From the NCBI RefSeq assembly GCF_009914755.1, contig NC_060931.1: a stretch of DNA of 64,000 nt, one strand, 5' to 3'. A program made the position numbers and the translations under genes. This stretch comes from the human T2T-CHM13v2.0 reference genome, Homo sapiens. Positions 26,001 through 40,300 of the stretch are shown here, piece by piece. Numbering within the stretch: position 1 is the stretch's first letter; each line of letters opens with the position of its first letter. Below the pieces are notes generated by a model. That model worked only from the letters and a program-made list of their open reading frames with translations. It was not told the DNA's origin and ran no database searches.

Positions 26001-29000
26001 TGTGTGTAGTTCAACTCACAGAGTGGAACGTCCCTTTGCACAGAGCAGATTTGAAACACTCTTTTTGTGGAGTTTGCAAGTGGAGATTTCAAGCGATTTG
26101 ATGCCAACAGTAGAAAAGGAAATATCTTCAAATAAAAACTAGACAGAATCATTCTCAGAAACTACTTTGTGATGTGTGTCTTCAACTCACAGAGTTTAAC
26201 CTTTCTTTTCTTAGAGCAGTTTAGAAACACTCTGCTTGTTATGACTGCAAGTGGATATTTGGACCTCTTTGAGGCCTTCGTTGCAAACGGGGTTTCTTCC
26301 TTTCATGCTAGACTAAGAAGAGTTCTCAGTAACTTTTTTGTGTTGTGTGTATTCAACTCACAGAGTTGAACCTTGCTTTAGAGAGAGCAGATTTGAAACA
26401 CTCTTGCTGTGGCATTTTCAGGTGGAGATTTCAAGCGATTTGAGGACAATTGCAGAAAAGGAAATATCTTCGTATAATAACCAGACAGAATCATTCTCAG
26501 AAAGTGCTTTGTGATGTGTGCGTTCAACTCACAGAGTTTAACCTTTCTTTTCATAGAGGAGTTTGGAAACACACTGTTTGTAAGGACTGCAAGTGGATAT
26601 ATGGACCTGTTTGAGGCCTTCGTTGGAAACGGGATTTCTTCATTGAATGCTAGACGGAAGAATTCTCAGTAAATTCTTTGTGTTGTGTGCATTCAACTCA
26701 CAGAGTGGAACGTCCCTTTAGACAGAGCAGATTTGAAACACTCTTTTTGCGGAATTTGCAAGTGGAGATTTCTAGCCATTTGATGCCAACAGTAGAAAGG
26801 GAAATATCTTCAAATAAAAACCAGACAGAATCATTCTCAGCAAATTCTTTGTGATGTGTGCGTTCAACTCACATAGTTTAACCTTTCTTTTCATAGAGCA
26901 GTTTGGAAACACTCTGTTTGTAAAGTCTGCAAGTGGATATATGGACCGCATTGAGGCCTTCGTTGGAAACGGGATTTCTTCATTTCATGCTAGACAGAAG
27001 AATTCTCAGTAACTTCTTTGTGCTGTGTGTATTCAACTCACAGAGTGGAACGTCCCTTTGCACAGAGCAGATTTGAAACACTCTTTTTGTGGAGTTTGCA
27101 AGTGGAGATTTCAAGCGATTTGATGCCAACAGTAGAAAAGGAAATATCTTCAAATAAAAACTAGACAGAATCATTCTCAGAAACTACTTTGTGATGTGTG
27201 CCTTCAACTCACAGAGTTTAACCTTTCTTTTCTTAGAGCAGTTTAGAAACACTCTGCTTGTTATGTCTGCAAGTGGATATTTGGACCTCTTTGAGGCCTT
27301 CGTTGCAAACGGGGTTTCTTCCTTTCATGCTAGACTAAGAAGAGTTCTCAGTAACTTTTTTGTGTTGTGTGTATTCAACTCACAGAGTTGAACCTTGCTT
27401 TAGAGAGAGCAGATTTGAAACACTCTTGCTGTGGCATTTTCAGGTGGAGATTTCAAGCGATTTGAGGACAATTGCAGAAAAGGAAATATCTTCGTATAAT
27501 AACCAGACAGAATCATTCTCAGAAAGTGCTTTGTGATGTGTGCGTTCAACTCACAGAGTTTAACCTTTCTTTTCATAGAGGAGTTTGGAAACACACTGTT
27601 TGTAAAGTCTGCAAGTGGATACATGGACCTGTTTGAGGCCTTCGTTGGAAACGGGATTTCTTCATTGAATGCTAGACGGAAGAATTCTCAGTAAATTCTT
27701 TGTGTTGTGTGCATTCAACTCACAGAGTGGAACGTCCCTTTAGACAGAGCAGATTTGAAACACTCTTTTTGCGGAATTTGCAAGTGGAGATTTCTAGCCA
27801 TTTGATGCCAACAGTAGAAAGGGAAATATCTTCAAATAAAAACCAGACAGAATCATTCTCAGAAAATTCTTTGTGATGTGTGCGTTCAACTCACATAGTT
27901 TAACCTTTCTTTTCATAGAGCAGTTTGGAAACACTCTGTTTGTAAAGTCTGCAAGTGGATATATGGACCGCATTGAGGCCTTCGTTGGAAACGGGATTTC
28001 TTCATTTCATGCTAGACAGAAGAATTCTCAGTAACTTCTTTGTGCTGTGTGTATTCAACTCACAGAGTGGAACGTCCCTTTGCACAGAGCAGATTTGAAA
28101 CACTCTTTTTGTGGAGTTTGCAAGTGGAGATTTCAAGCGATTTGATGCCAACAGTAGAAAAGGAAATATCTTCAAATAAAAACTAGACAGAATCATTCTC
28201 AGAAACTACTTTGTGATGTGTGCCTTCAACTCACAGAGTTTAACCTTTCTTTTCTTAGAGCAGTTTAGAAACACTCTGCTTGTTATGTCTGCAAGTGGAT
28301 ATTTGGACCTCTTTGAGGCCTTCGTTGCAAACGGGGTTTCTTCCTTTCATGCTAGACTAAGAAGAGTTCTCAGTAACTTTTTTGTGTTGTGTGTATTCAA
28401 CTCACAGAGTTGAACCTTGCTTTAGAGAGAGCAGATTTGAAACACTCTTGCTGTGGCATTTTCAGGTGGAGATTTCAAGCGATTTGAGGACAATTGCAGA
28501 AAAGGAAATATCTTCGTATAATAACCAGACAGAATCATTCTCAGAAAGTGCTTTGTGATGTGTGCGTTCAACTCACAGAGTTTAACCTTTCTTTTCATAG
28601 AGGAGTTTGGAAACACACTGTTTGTAAGGACTGCAAGTGGATATATGGACCTGTTTGAGGCCTTCGTTGGAAACGGGATTTCTTCATTGAATGCTAGACG
28701 GAAGAATTCTCAGTAAATTCTTTGTGTTGTGTGCATTCAACTCACAGAGTGGAACGTCCCTTTAGACACAGCAGATTTGAAACACTCTTTTTGCGGAATT
28801 TGCAAGTGGAGATTTCTAGCCATTTGATGCCAACAGTAGAAAGGGAAATATCTTCAAATAAAAACCAGACAGAATCATTCTCAGCAAATTCTTTGTGATG
28901 TGTGCGTTCAACTCACATAGTTTAACCTTTCTTTTCATAGAGCAGTTTGGAAACACTCTGTTTGTAAAGTCTGCAAGTGGATATATGGACCGCATTGAGG

Positions 29001-32000
29001 CCTTCGTTGGAAACGGGATTTCTTCATTTCATGCTAGACAGAAGAATTCTCAGTAACTTCTTTGTGCTGTGTGTATTCAACTCACAGAGTGGAACGTCCC
29101 TTTGCACAGAGCAGATTTGAAACACTCTTTTTGTGGAGTTTGCAAGTGGAGATTTCAAGCGATTTGATGCCAACAGTAGAAAAGGAAATATCTTCAAATA
29201 AAAACTAGACAGAATCATTCTCAGAAACTACTTTGTGATGTGTGCCTTCAACTCACAGAGTTTAACCTTTCTTTTCTTAGAGCAGTTTAGAAACACTCTG
29301 CTTGTTATGTCTGCAAGTGGATATTTGGACCTCTTTGAGGCCTTCGTTGCAAACGGGGTTTCTTCCTTTCATGCTAGACTAAGAAGAGTTCTCAGTAACT
29401 TTTTTGTGTTGTGTGTATTCAACTCACAGAGTTGAACCTTGCTTTAGAGAGAGCAGATTTGAAACACTCTTGCTGTGGCATTTTCAGGTGGAGATTTCAA
29501 GCGATTTGAGGACAATTGCAGAAAAGGAAATATCTTCGTATAATAACCAGACAGAATCATTCTCAGAAAGTGCTTTGTGATGTGTGCGTTCAACTCACAG
29601 AGTTTAACCTTTCTTTTCATAGAGGAGTTTGGAAACACACTGTTTGTATAGTCTGCAAGTGGATACATGGACCTGTTTGAGGCCTTCGTTGGAAACGGGA
29701 TTTCTTCATTGAATGCTAGACGGAAGAATTCTCAGTAAATTCTTTGTGTTGTGTGCATTCAACTCACAGAGTGGAACGTCCCTTTAGACAGAGCAGATTT
29801 GAAACACTCTTTTTGCGGAATTTGCAAGTGGAGATTTCTAGCCATTTGATGCCAACAGTAGAAAGGGAAATATCTTCAAATAAAAACCAGACAGAATCAT
29901 TCTCAGAAAATTCTTTGTGATGTGTGCGTTCAACTCACATAGTTTAACCTTTCTTTTCATAGAGCAGTTTGGAAACACTCTGTTTGTAAAGTCTGCAAGT
30001 GGATATATGGACCGCATTGAGGCCTTCGTTGGAAACGGGATTTCTTCATTTCATGCTAGACAGAAGAATTCTCAGTAACTTCTTTGTGCTGTGTGTATTC
30101 AACTCACAGAGTGGAACGTCCCTTTGCACAGAGCAGATTTGAAACACTCTTTTTGTGGAGTTTGCAAGTGGAGATTTCAAGCGATTTGATGCCAACAGTA
30201 GAAAAGGAAATATCTTCAAATAAAAACTAGACAGAATCATTCTCAGAAACTACTTTGTGATGTGTGCCTTCAACTCACAGAGTTTAACCTTTCTTTTCTT
30301 AGAGCAGTTTAGAAACACTCTGCTTGTTATGTCTGCAAGTGGATATTTGGACCTCTTTGAGGCCTTCGTTGCAAACGGGGTTTCTTCCTTTCATGCTAGA
30401 CTAAGAAGAGTTCTCAGTAACTTTTTTGTGTTGTGTGTATTCAACTCACAGAGTTGAACCTTGCTTTAGAGAGAGCAGATTTGAAACACTCTTGCTGTGG
30501 CATTTTCAGGTGGAGATTTCAAGCGATTTGAGGACAATTGCAGAAAAGGAAATATCTTCGTATAATAACCAGACAGAATCATTCTCAGAAAGTGCTTTGT
30601 GATGTGTGCGTTCAACTCACAGAGTTTAACCTTTCTTTTCATAGAGGAGTTTGGAAACACACTGTTTGTAAGGACTGCAAGTGGATATATGGACCTGTTT
30701 GAGGCCTTCGTTGGAAACGGGATTTCTTCATTGAATGCTAGACGGAAGAATTCTCAGTAAATTCTTTGTGTTGTGTGCATTCAACTCACAGAGTGGAACG
30801 TCCCTTTAGACACAGCAGATTTGAAACACTCTTTTTGCGGAATTTGCAAGTGGAGATTTCTAGCCATTTGATGCCAACAGTAGAAAGGGAAATATCTTCA
30901 AATAAAAACCAGACAGAATCATTCTCAGCAAATTCTTTGTGATGTGTGCGTTCAACTCACATAGTTTAACCTTTCTTTTCATAGAGCAGTTTGGAAACAC
31001 TCTGTTTGTAAAGTCTGCAAGTGGATATATGGACCGCATTGAGGCCTTCGTTGGAAACGGGATTTCTTCATTTCATGCTAGACAGAAGAATTCTCAGTAA
31101 CTTCTTTGTGCTGTGTGTATTCAACTCACAGAGTGGAACGTCCCTTTGCACAGAGCAGATTTGAAACACTCTTTTTGTGGAGTTTGCAAGTGGAGATTTC
31201 AAGCGATTTGATGCCAACAGTAGAAAAGGAAATATCTTCAAATAAAAACTAGGCAGAATCATTCTCAGAAACTACTTTGTGATGTGTGCCTTCAACTCAC
31301 AGAGTTCAACCTTTCTTTTCTTAGAGCAGTTTAGAAACACTCTGCTTGTTATGTCTGCAAGTGGATATTTGGACCTCTTTGAGGCCTTCGTTGCAAACGG
31401 GGTTTCTTCCTTTCATGCTAGACTAAGAAGAGTTCTCAGTAACTTTTTTGTGTTGTGTGTATTCAACTCACAGAGTTGAACCTTGCTTTAGAGAGAGCAG
31501 ATTTGAAACACTCTTGCTGTGGCATTTTCAGGTGGAGATTTCAAGCGATTTGAGGACAATTGCAGAAAAGGAAATATCTTCGTATAATAACCAGACAGAA
31601 TCATTCTCAGAAAGTGCTTTGTGATGTGTGCGTTCAACTCACAGAGTTTAACCTTTCTTTTCATAGAGGAGTTTGGAAACACACTGTTTGTAAAGTCTGC
31701 AAGTGGATACATGGACCTGTTTGAGGCCTTCGTTGGAAACGGGATTTCTTCATTGAATGCTAGACGGAAGAATTCTCAGTAAATTCTTTGTGTTGTGTGC
31801 ATTCAACTCACAGAGTGGAACGTCCCTTTAGACAGAGCAGATTTGAAACACTCTTTTTGCGGAATTTGCAAGTGGAGATTTCTAGCCATTTGATGCCAAC
31901 AGTAGAAAGGGAAATATCTTCAAATAAAAACCAGACAGAATCATTCTCAGAAAATTCTTTGTGATGTGTGCGTTCAACTCACATAGTTTAACCTTTCTTT

Positions 32001-33147
32001 TCATAGAGCAGTTTGGAAACACTCTGTTTGTAAAGTCTGCAAGTGGATATATGGACCGCATTGAGGCCTTCGTTGGAAACGGGATTTCTTCATTTCATGC
32101 TAGACAGAAGAATTCTCAGTAACTTCTTTGTGCTGTGTGTATTCAACTCACAGAGTGGAACGTCCCTTTGCACAGAGCAGATTTGAAACACTCTTTTTGT
32201 GGAGTTTGCAAGTGGAGATTTCAAGCGATTTGATGCCAACAGTAGAAAAGGAAATATCTTCAAATAAAAACTAGACAGAATCATTCTCAGAAACTACTTT
32301 GTGATGTGTGCCTTCAACTCACAGAGTTTAACCTTTCTTTTCTTAGAGCAGTTTAGAAACACTCTGCTTGTTATGTCTGCAAGTGGATACTTGGACCTCT
32401 TTGAGGCCTTCGTTGCAAACGGGGTTTCTTCCTTTCATGCTAGACTAAGAAGAGTTCTCAGTAACTTTTTTGTGTTGTGTGTATTCAACTCACAGAGTTG
32501 AACCTTGCTTTAGAGAGAGCAGATTTGAAACACTCTTGCTGTGGCATTTTCAGGTGGAGATTTCAAGCGATTTGAGGACAATTGCAGAAAAGGAAATATC
32601 TTCGTATAATAACCAGACAGAATCATTCTCAGAAAGTGCTTTGTGATGTGTGCGTTCAACTCACAGAGTTTAACCTTTCTTTTCATAGAGGAGTTTGGAA
32701 ACACACTGTTTGTAAAGTCTGCAAGTGGATACATGGACCTGTTTGAGGCCTTCGTTGGAAACGGGATTTCTTCATTGAATGCTAGACGGAAGAATTCTCA
32801 GTAAATTCTTTGTGTTGTGTGCATTCAACTCACAGAGTGGAACGTCCCTTTAGACAGAGCAGATTTGAAACACTCTTTTTGCGGAATTTGCAAGTGGAGA
32901 TTTCTAGCCATTTGATGCCAACAGTAGAAAGGGAAATATCTTCAAATAAAAACCAGACAGAATCATTCTCAGAAAATTCTTTGTGATGTGTGCGTTCAAC
33001 TCACATAGTTTAACCTTTCTTTTCATAGAGCAGTTTGGAAACACTCTGTTTGTAAAGTCTGCAAGTGGATATATGGACCGCATTGAGGCCTTCGTTGGAA
33101 ACGGGATTTCTTCATTTCATGCTAGACAGAAGAATTCTCAGTAACTT
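20065..33147 (+). repeat. Copy A of a ~13.1-kb multi-HOR duplication (maximal extent; ends bounded only by the nearest discordant markers)
   Basis: Rare markers (G>A 21949, A>T 24879, +G 26009, A>T 29649) all recur at +14306 bp. Confidence 0.85.
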
Positions 33148-34370
33148 CTTTGTGCTGTGTGTATTCAACTCACAGAGTGGAACGTCCCTTTGCACAGAGC
33201 AGATTTGAAACACTCTTTTTGTGGAGTTTGCAAGTGATTTCAAGCGATTTGATGCCAACAGTAGAAAAGGAAATATCTTCAAATAAAAACTAGACAGAAT
33301 CATTCTCAGAAACTACTTTGTGATGTGTGCCTTCAACTCACAGAGTTCAACCTTTCTTTTCTTAGAGCAGTTTAGAAACACTCTGCTTGTTATGTCTGCA
33401 AGTGGATATTTGGACCTCTTTGAGGCCTTCGTTGCAAACGGGGTTTCTTCCTTTCATGCTAGACTAAGAAGAGTTCTCAGTAACTTTTTTGTGTTGTGTG
33501 TATTCAACTCACAGAGTTGAACCTTGCTTTAGAGAGAGCAGATTTGAAACACTCTTGCTGTGGCATTTTCAGGTGGAGATTTCAAGCGATTTGAGGACAA
33601 TTGCAGAAAAGGAAATATCTTCGTATAATAACCAGACAGAATCATTCTCAGAAAGTGCTTTGTGATGTGTGCGTTCAACTCACAGATTTTAACCTTTCTT
33701 TTCATAGAGGAGTTTGGAAACACACTGTTTGTAAAGTCTGCAAGTGGATACATGGACCTGTTTGAGGCCTTCGTTGGAAACGGGATTTCTTCATTGAATG
33801 CTAGACGGAAGAATTCTCAGTAAATTCTTTGTGTTGTGTGCATTCAACTCACAGAGTGGAACGTCCCTTTAGACAGAGCAGATTTGAAACACTCTTTTTG
33901 CGGAATTTGCAAGTGGAGATTTCTAGCCATTTGATGCCAACAGTAGAAAGGGAAATATCTTCAAATAAAAACCAGACAGAATCATTCTCAGAAAATTCTT
34001 TGTGATGTGTGCGTTCAACTCACATAGTTTAACCTTTCTTTTCATAGAGCAGTTTGGAAACACTCTGTTTGTAAAGTCTGCAAGTGGATATATGGACCGC
34101 ATTGAGGCCTTCGTTGGAAACGGGATTTCTTCATTTCATGCTAGACAGAAGAATTCTCAGTAACTTCTTTGTGCTGTGTGTATTCAACTCACAGAGTGGA
34201 ACGTCCCTTTGCACAGAGCAGATTTGAAACACTCTTTTTGTGGAGTTTGCAAGTGGAGATTTCAAGCGATTTGTTGCCAACAGTAGAAAAGGAAATATCT
34301 TCAAATAAAAACTAGACAGAATCATTCTCAGAAACTACTTTGTGATGTGTGCCTTCAACTCACAGAGTTC

Positions 34371-37300
34371 AACCTTTCTTTTCTTAGAGCAGTTTAGAAA
34401 CACTCTGCTTGTTATGTCTGCAAGTGGATATTTGGACCTCTTTGAGGCCTTCGTTGCAAACGGGGTTTCTTCCTTTCATGCTAGACTAAGAAGAGTTCTC
34501 AGTAACTTTTTTGTGTTGTGTGTATTCAACTCACAGAGTTGAACCTTGCTTTAGAGAGAGCAGATTTGAAACACTCTTGCTGTGGCATTTTCAGGTGGAG
34601 ATTTCAAGCGATTTGAGGACAATTGCAGAAAAGGAAATATCTTCGTATAATAACCAGACAGAATCATTCTCAGAAAGTGCTTTGTGATGTGTGCGTTCAA
34701 CTCACAGAGTTTAACCTTTCTTTTCATAGAGGAGTTTGGAAACACACTGTTTGTAAAGTCTGCAAGTGGATACATGGACCTGTTTGAGGCCTTCGTTGGA
34801 AACGGGATTTCTTCATTGAATGCTAGACGGAAGAATTCTCAGTAAATTCTTTGTGTTGTGTGCATTCAACTCACAGAGTGGAACGTCCCTTTAGACAGAG
34901 CAGATTTGAAACACTCTTTTTGCGGAATTTGCAAGTGGAGATTTCTAGCCATTTGATGCCAACAGTAGAAAGGGAAATATCTTCAAATAAAAACCAGACA
35001 GAATCATTCTCAGAAAATTCTTTGTGATGTGTGCGTTCAACTCACATAGTTTAACCTTTCTTTTCATAGAGCAGTTTGGAAACACTCTGTTTGTAAAGTC
35101 TGCAAGTGGATATATGGACCGCATTGAGGCCTTCGTTGGAAACGGGATTTCTTCATTTCATGCTAGACAGAAGAATTCTCAGTAACTTCTTTGTGCTGTG
35201 TGTATTCAACTCACAGAGTGGAACGTCCCTTTGCACAGAGCAGATTTGAAACACTCTTTTTGTGGAGTTTGCAAGTGGAGATTTCAAGCGATTTGATGCC
35301 AACAGTAGAAAAGGAAATATCTTCAAATAAAAACTAGACAGAATCATTCTCAGAAACTACTTTGTGATGTGTGCCTTCAACTCACAGAGTTTAACCTTTC
35401 TTTTCTTAGAGCAGTTTAGAAACACTCTGCTTGTTATGTCTGCAAGTGGATATTTGGACCTCTTTGAGGCCTTCGTTGCAAACGGGGTTTCTTCCTTTCA
35501 TGCTAGACTAAGAAGAGTTCTCAGTAACTTTTTTGTGTTGTGTGTATTCAACTCACAGAGTTGAACCTTGCTTTAGAGAGAGCAGATTTGAAACACTCTT
35601 GCTGTGGCATTTTCAGGTGGAGATTTCAAGCGATTTGAGGACAATTGCAGAAAAGGAAATATCTTCGTATAATAACCAGACAGAATCATTCTCAGAAAGT
35701 GCTTTGTGATGTGTGCGTTCAACTCACAGAGTTTAACCTTTCTTTTCATAGAGGAGTTTGGAAACACACTGTTTGTAAAGTCTGCAAGTGGATACATGGA
35801 CCTGTTTGAGGCCTTCGTTGGAAACGGGATTTCTTCATTGAATGCTAGACGGAAGAATTCTCAGTAAATTCTTTGTGTTGTGTGCATTCAACTCACAGAG
35901 TGGAACGTCCCTTTAGACAGAGCAGATTTGAAACACTCTTTTTGCGGAATTTGCAAGTGGAGATTTCTAGCCATTTGATGCCAACAGTAGAAAGGGAAAT
36001 ATCTTCAAATAAAAACCAGACAGAATCATTCTCAGAAAATTCTTTGTGATGTGTGCGTTCAACTCACATAGTTTAACCTTTCTTTTCATAGAGCAGTTTG
36101 GAAACACTCTGTTTGTAAAGTCTGCAAGTGGATATATGGACCGCATTGAGGCCTTCGTTGGAAACGGGATTTCTTCATTTCATGCTAGACAGAAGAATTC
36201 TCAGTAACTTCTTTGTGCTGTGTGTATTCAACTCACAGAGTGGAACGTCCCTTTACACAGAGCAGATTTGAAACACTCTTTTTGTGGAGTTTGCAAGTGG
36301 AGATTTCAAGCGATTTGATGCCAACAGTAGAAAAGGAAATATCTTCAAATAAAAACTAGACAGAATCATTCTCAGAAACTACTTTGTGATGTGTGTCTTC
36401 AACTCACAGAGTTTAACCTTTCTTTTCTTAGAGCAGTTTAGAAACACTCTGCTTGTTATGACTGCAAGTGGATATTTGGACCTCTTTGAGGCCTTCGTTG
36501 CAAACGGGGTTTCTTCCTTTCATGCTAGACTAAGAAGAGTTCTCAGTAACTTTTTTGTGTTGTGTGTATTCAACTCACAGAGTTGAACCTTGCTTTAGAG
36601 AGAGCAGATTTGAAACACTCTTGCTGTGGCATTTTCAGGTGGAGATTTCAAGCGATTTGAGGACAATTGCAGAAAAGGAAATATCTTCGTATAATAACCA
36701 GACAGAATCATTCTCAGAAAGTGCTTTGTGATGTGTGCGTTCAACTCACAGAGTTTAACCTTTCTTTTCATAGAGGAGTTTGGAAACACACTGTTTGTAA
36801 GGACTGCAAGTGGATATATGGACCTGTTTGAGGCCTTCGTTGGAAACGGGATTTCTTCATTGAATGCTAGACGGAAGAATTCTCAGTAAATTCTTTGTGT
36901 TGTGTGCATTCAACTCACAGAGTGGAACGTCCCTTTAGACAGAGCAGATTTGAAACACTCTTTTTGCGGAATTTGCAAGTGGAGATTTCTAGCCATTTGA
37001 TGCCAACAGTAGAAAGGGAAATATCTTCAAATAAAAACCAGACAGAATCATTCTCAGCAAATTCTTTGTGATGTGTGCGTTCAACTCACATAGTTTAACC
37101 TTTCTTTTCATAGAGCAGTTTGGAAACACTCTGTTTGTAAAGTCTGCAAGTGGATATATGGACCGCATTGAGGCCTTCGTTGGAAACGGGATTTCTTCAT
37201 TTCATGCTAGACAGAAGAATTCTCAGTAACTTCTTTGTGCTGTGTGTATTCAACTCACAGAGTGGAACGTCCCTTTGCACAGAGCAGATTTGAAACACTC

Positions 37301-40300
37301 TTTTTGTGGAGTTTGCAAGTGGAGATTTCAAGCGATTTGATGCCAACAGTAGAAAAGGAAATATCTTCAAATAAAAACTAGACAGAATCATTCTCAGAAA
37401 CTACTTTGTGATGTGTGCCTTCAACTCACAGAGTTTAACCTTTCTTTTCTTAGAGCAGTTTAGAAACACTCTGCTTGTTATGTCTGCAAGTGGATATTTG
37501 GACCTCTTTGAGGCCTTCGTTGCAAACGGGGTTTCTTCCTTTCATGCTAGACTAAGAAGAGTTCTCAGTAACTTTTTTGTGTTGTGTGTATTCAACTCAC
37601 AGAGTTGAACCTTGCTTTAGAGAGAGCAGATTTGAAACACTCTTGCTGTGGCATTTTCAGGTGGAGATTTCAAGCGATTTGAGGACAATTGCAGAAAAGG
37701 AAATATCTTCGTATAATAACCAGACAGAATCATTCTCAGAAAGTGCTTTGTGATGTGTGCGTTCAACTCACAGAGTTTAACCTTTCTTTTCATAGAGGAG
37801 TTTGGAAACACACTGTTTGTAAAGTCTGCAAGTGGATACATGGACCTGTTTGAGGCCTTCGTTGGAAACGGGATTTCTTCATTGAATGCTAGACGGAAGA
37901 ATTCTCAGTAAATTCTTTGTGTTGTGTGCATTCAACTCACAGAGTGGAACGTCCCTTTAGACAGAGCAGATTTGAAACACTCTTTTTGCGGAATTTGCAA
38001 GTGGAGATTTCTAGCCATTTGATGCCAACAGTAGAAAGGGAAATATCTTCAAATAAAAACCAGACAGAATCATTCTCAGCAAATTCTTTGTGATGTGTGC
38101 GTTCAACTCACATAGTTTAACCTTTCTTTTCATAGAGCAGTTTGGAAACACTCTGTTTGTAAAGTCTGCAAGTGGATATATGGACCGCATTGAGGCCTTC
38201 GTTGGAAACGGGATTTCTTCATTTCATGCTAGACAGAAGAATTCTCAGTAACTTCTTTGTGCTGTGTGTATTCAACTCACAGAGTGGAACGTCCCTTTGC
38301 ACAGAGCAGATTTGAAACACTCTTTTTGTGGAGTTTGCAAGTGGAGATTTCAAGCGATTTGATGCCAACAGTAGAAAAGGAAATATCTTCAAATAAAAAC
38401 TAGACAGAATCATTCTCAGAAACTACTTTGTGATGTGTGCCTTCAACTCACAGAGTTTAACCTTTCTTTTCTTAGAGCAGTTTAGAAACACTCTGCTTGT
38501 TATGTCTGCAAGTGGATATTTGGACCTCTTTGAGGCCTTCGTTGCAAACGGGGTTTCTTCCTTTCATGCTAGACTAAGAAGAGTTCTCAGTAACTTTTTT
38601 GTGTTGTGTGTATTCAACTCACAGAGTTGAACCTTGCTTTAGAGAGAGCAGATTTGAAACACTCTTGCTGTGGCATTTTCAGGTGGAGATTTCAAGCGAT
38701 TTGAGGACAATTGCAGAAAAGGAAATATCTTCGTATAATAACCAGACAGAATCATTCTCAGAAAGTGCTTTGTGATGTGTGCGTTCAACTCACAGAGTTT
38801 AACCTTTCTTTTCATAGAGGAGTTTGGAAACACACTGTTTGTAAGGACTGCAAGTGGATATATGGACCTGTTTGAGGCCTTCGTTGGAAACGGGATTTCT
38901 TCATTGAATGCTAGACGGAAGAATTCTCAGTAAATTCTTTGTGTTGTGTGCATTCAACTCACAGAGTGGAACGTCCCTTTAGACACAGCAGATTTGAAAC
39001 ACTCTTTTTGCGGAATTTGCAAGTGGAGATTTCTAGCCATTTGATGCCAACAGTAGAAAGGGAAATATCTTCAAATAAAAACCAGACAGAATCATTCTCA
39101 GCAAATTCTTTGTGATGTGTGCGTTCAACTCACATAGTTTAACCTTTCTTTTCATAGAGCAGTTTGGAAACACTCTGTTTGTAATGTCTGCAAGTGGATA
39201 TATGGACCGCATTGAGGCCTTCGTTGGAAACGGGATTTCTTCATTTCATGCTAGACAGAAGAATTCTCAGTAACTTCTTTGTGCTGTGTGTATTCAACTC
39301 ACAGAGTGGAACGTCCCTTTGCACAGAGCAGATTTGAAACACTCTTTTTGTGGAGTTTGCAAGTGGAGATTTCAAGCGATTTGATGCCAACAGTAGAAAA
39401 GGAAATATCTTCAAATAAAAACTAGACAGAATCATTCTCAGAAACTACTTTGTGATGTGTGCCTTCAACTCACAGAGTTTAACCTTTCTTTTCTTAGAGC
39501 AGTTTAGAAACACTCTGCTTGTTATGTCTGCAAGTGGATATTTGGACCTCTTTGAGGCCTTCGTTGCAAACGGGGTTTCTTCCTTTCATGCTAGACTAAG
39601 AAGAGTTCTCAGTAACTTTTTTGTGTTGTGTGTATTCAACTCACAGAGTTGAACCTTGCTTTAGAGAGAGCAGATTTGAAACACTCTTGCTGTGGCATTT
39701 TCAGGTGGAGATTTCAAGCGATTTGAGGACAATTGCAGAAAAGGAAATATCTTCGTATAATAACCAGACAGAATCATTCTCAGAAAGTGCTTTGTGATGT
39801 GTGCGTTCAACTCACAGAGTTTAACCTTTCTTTTCATAGAGGAGTTTGGAAACACACTGTTTGTAAAGTCTGCAAGTGGATACATGGACCTGTTTGAGGC
39901 CTTCGTTGGAAACGGGATTTCTTCATTGAATGCTAGACGGAAGAATTCTCAGTAAATTCTTTGTGTTGTGTGCATTCAACTCACAGAGTGGAACGTCCCT
40001 TTAGACAGAGCAGATTTGAAACACTCTTTTTGCGGAATTTGCAAGTGGAGATTTCTAGCCATTTGATGCCAACAGTAGAAAGGGAAATATCTTCAAATAA
40101 AAACCAGACAGAATCATTCTCAGAAAATTCTTTGTGATGTGTGCGTTCAACTCACATAGTTTAACCTTTCTTTTCATAGAGCAGTTTGGAAACACTCTGT
40201 TTGTAAAGTCTGCAAGTGGATATATGGACCGCATTGAGGCCTTCGTTGGAAACGGGATTTCTTCATTTCATGCTAGACAGAAGAATTCTCAGTAACTTCT

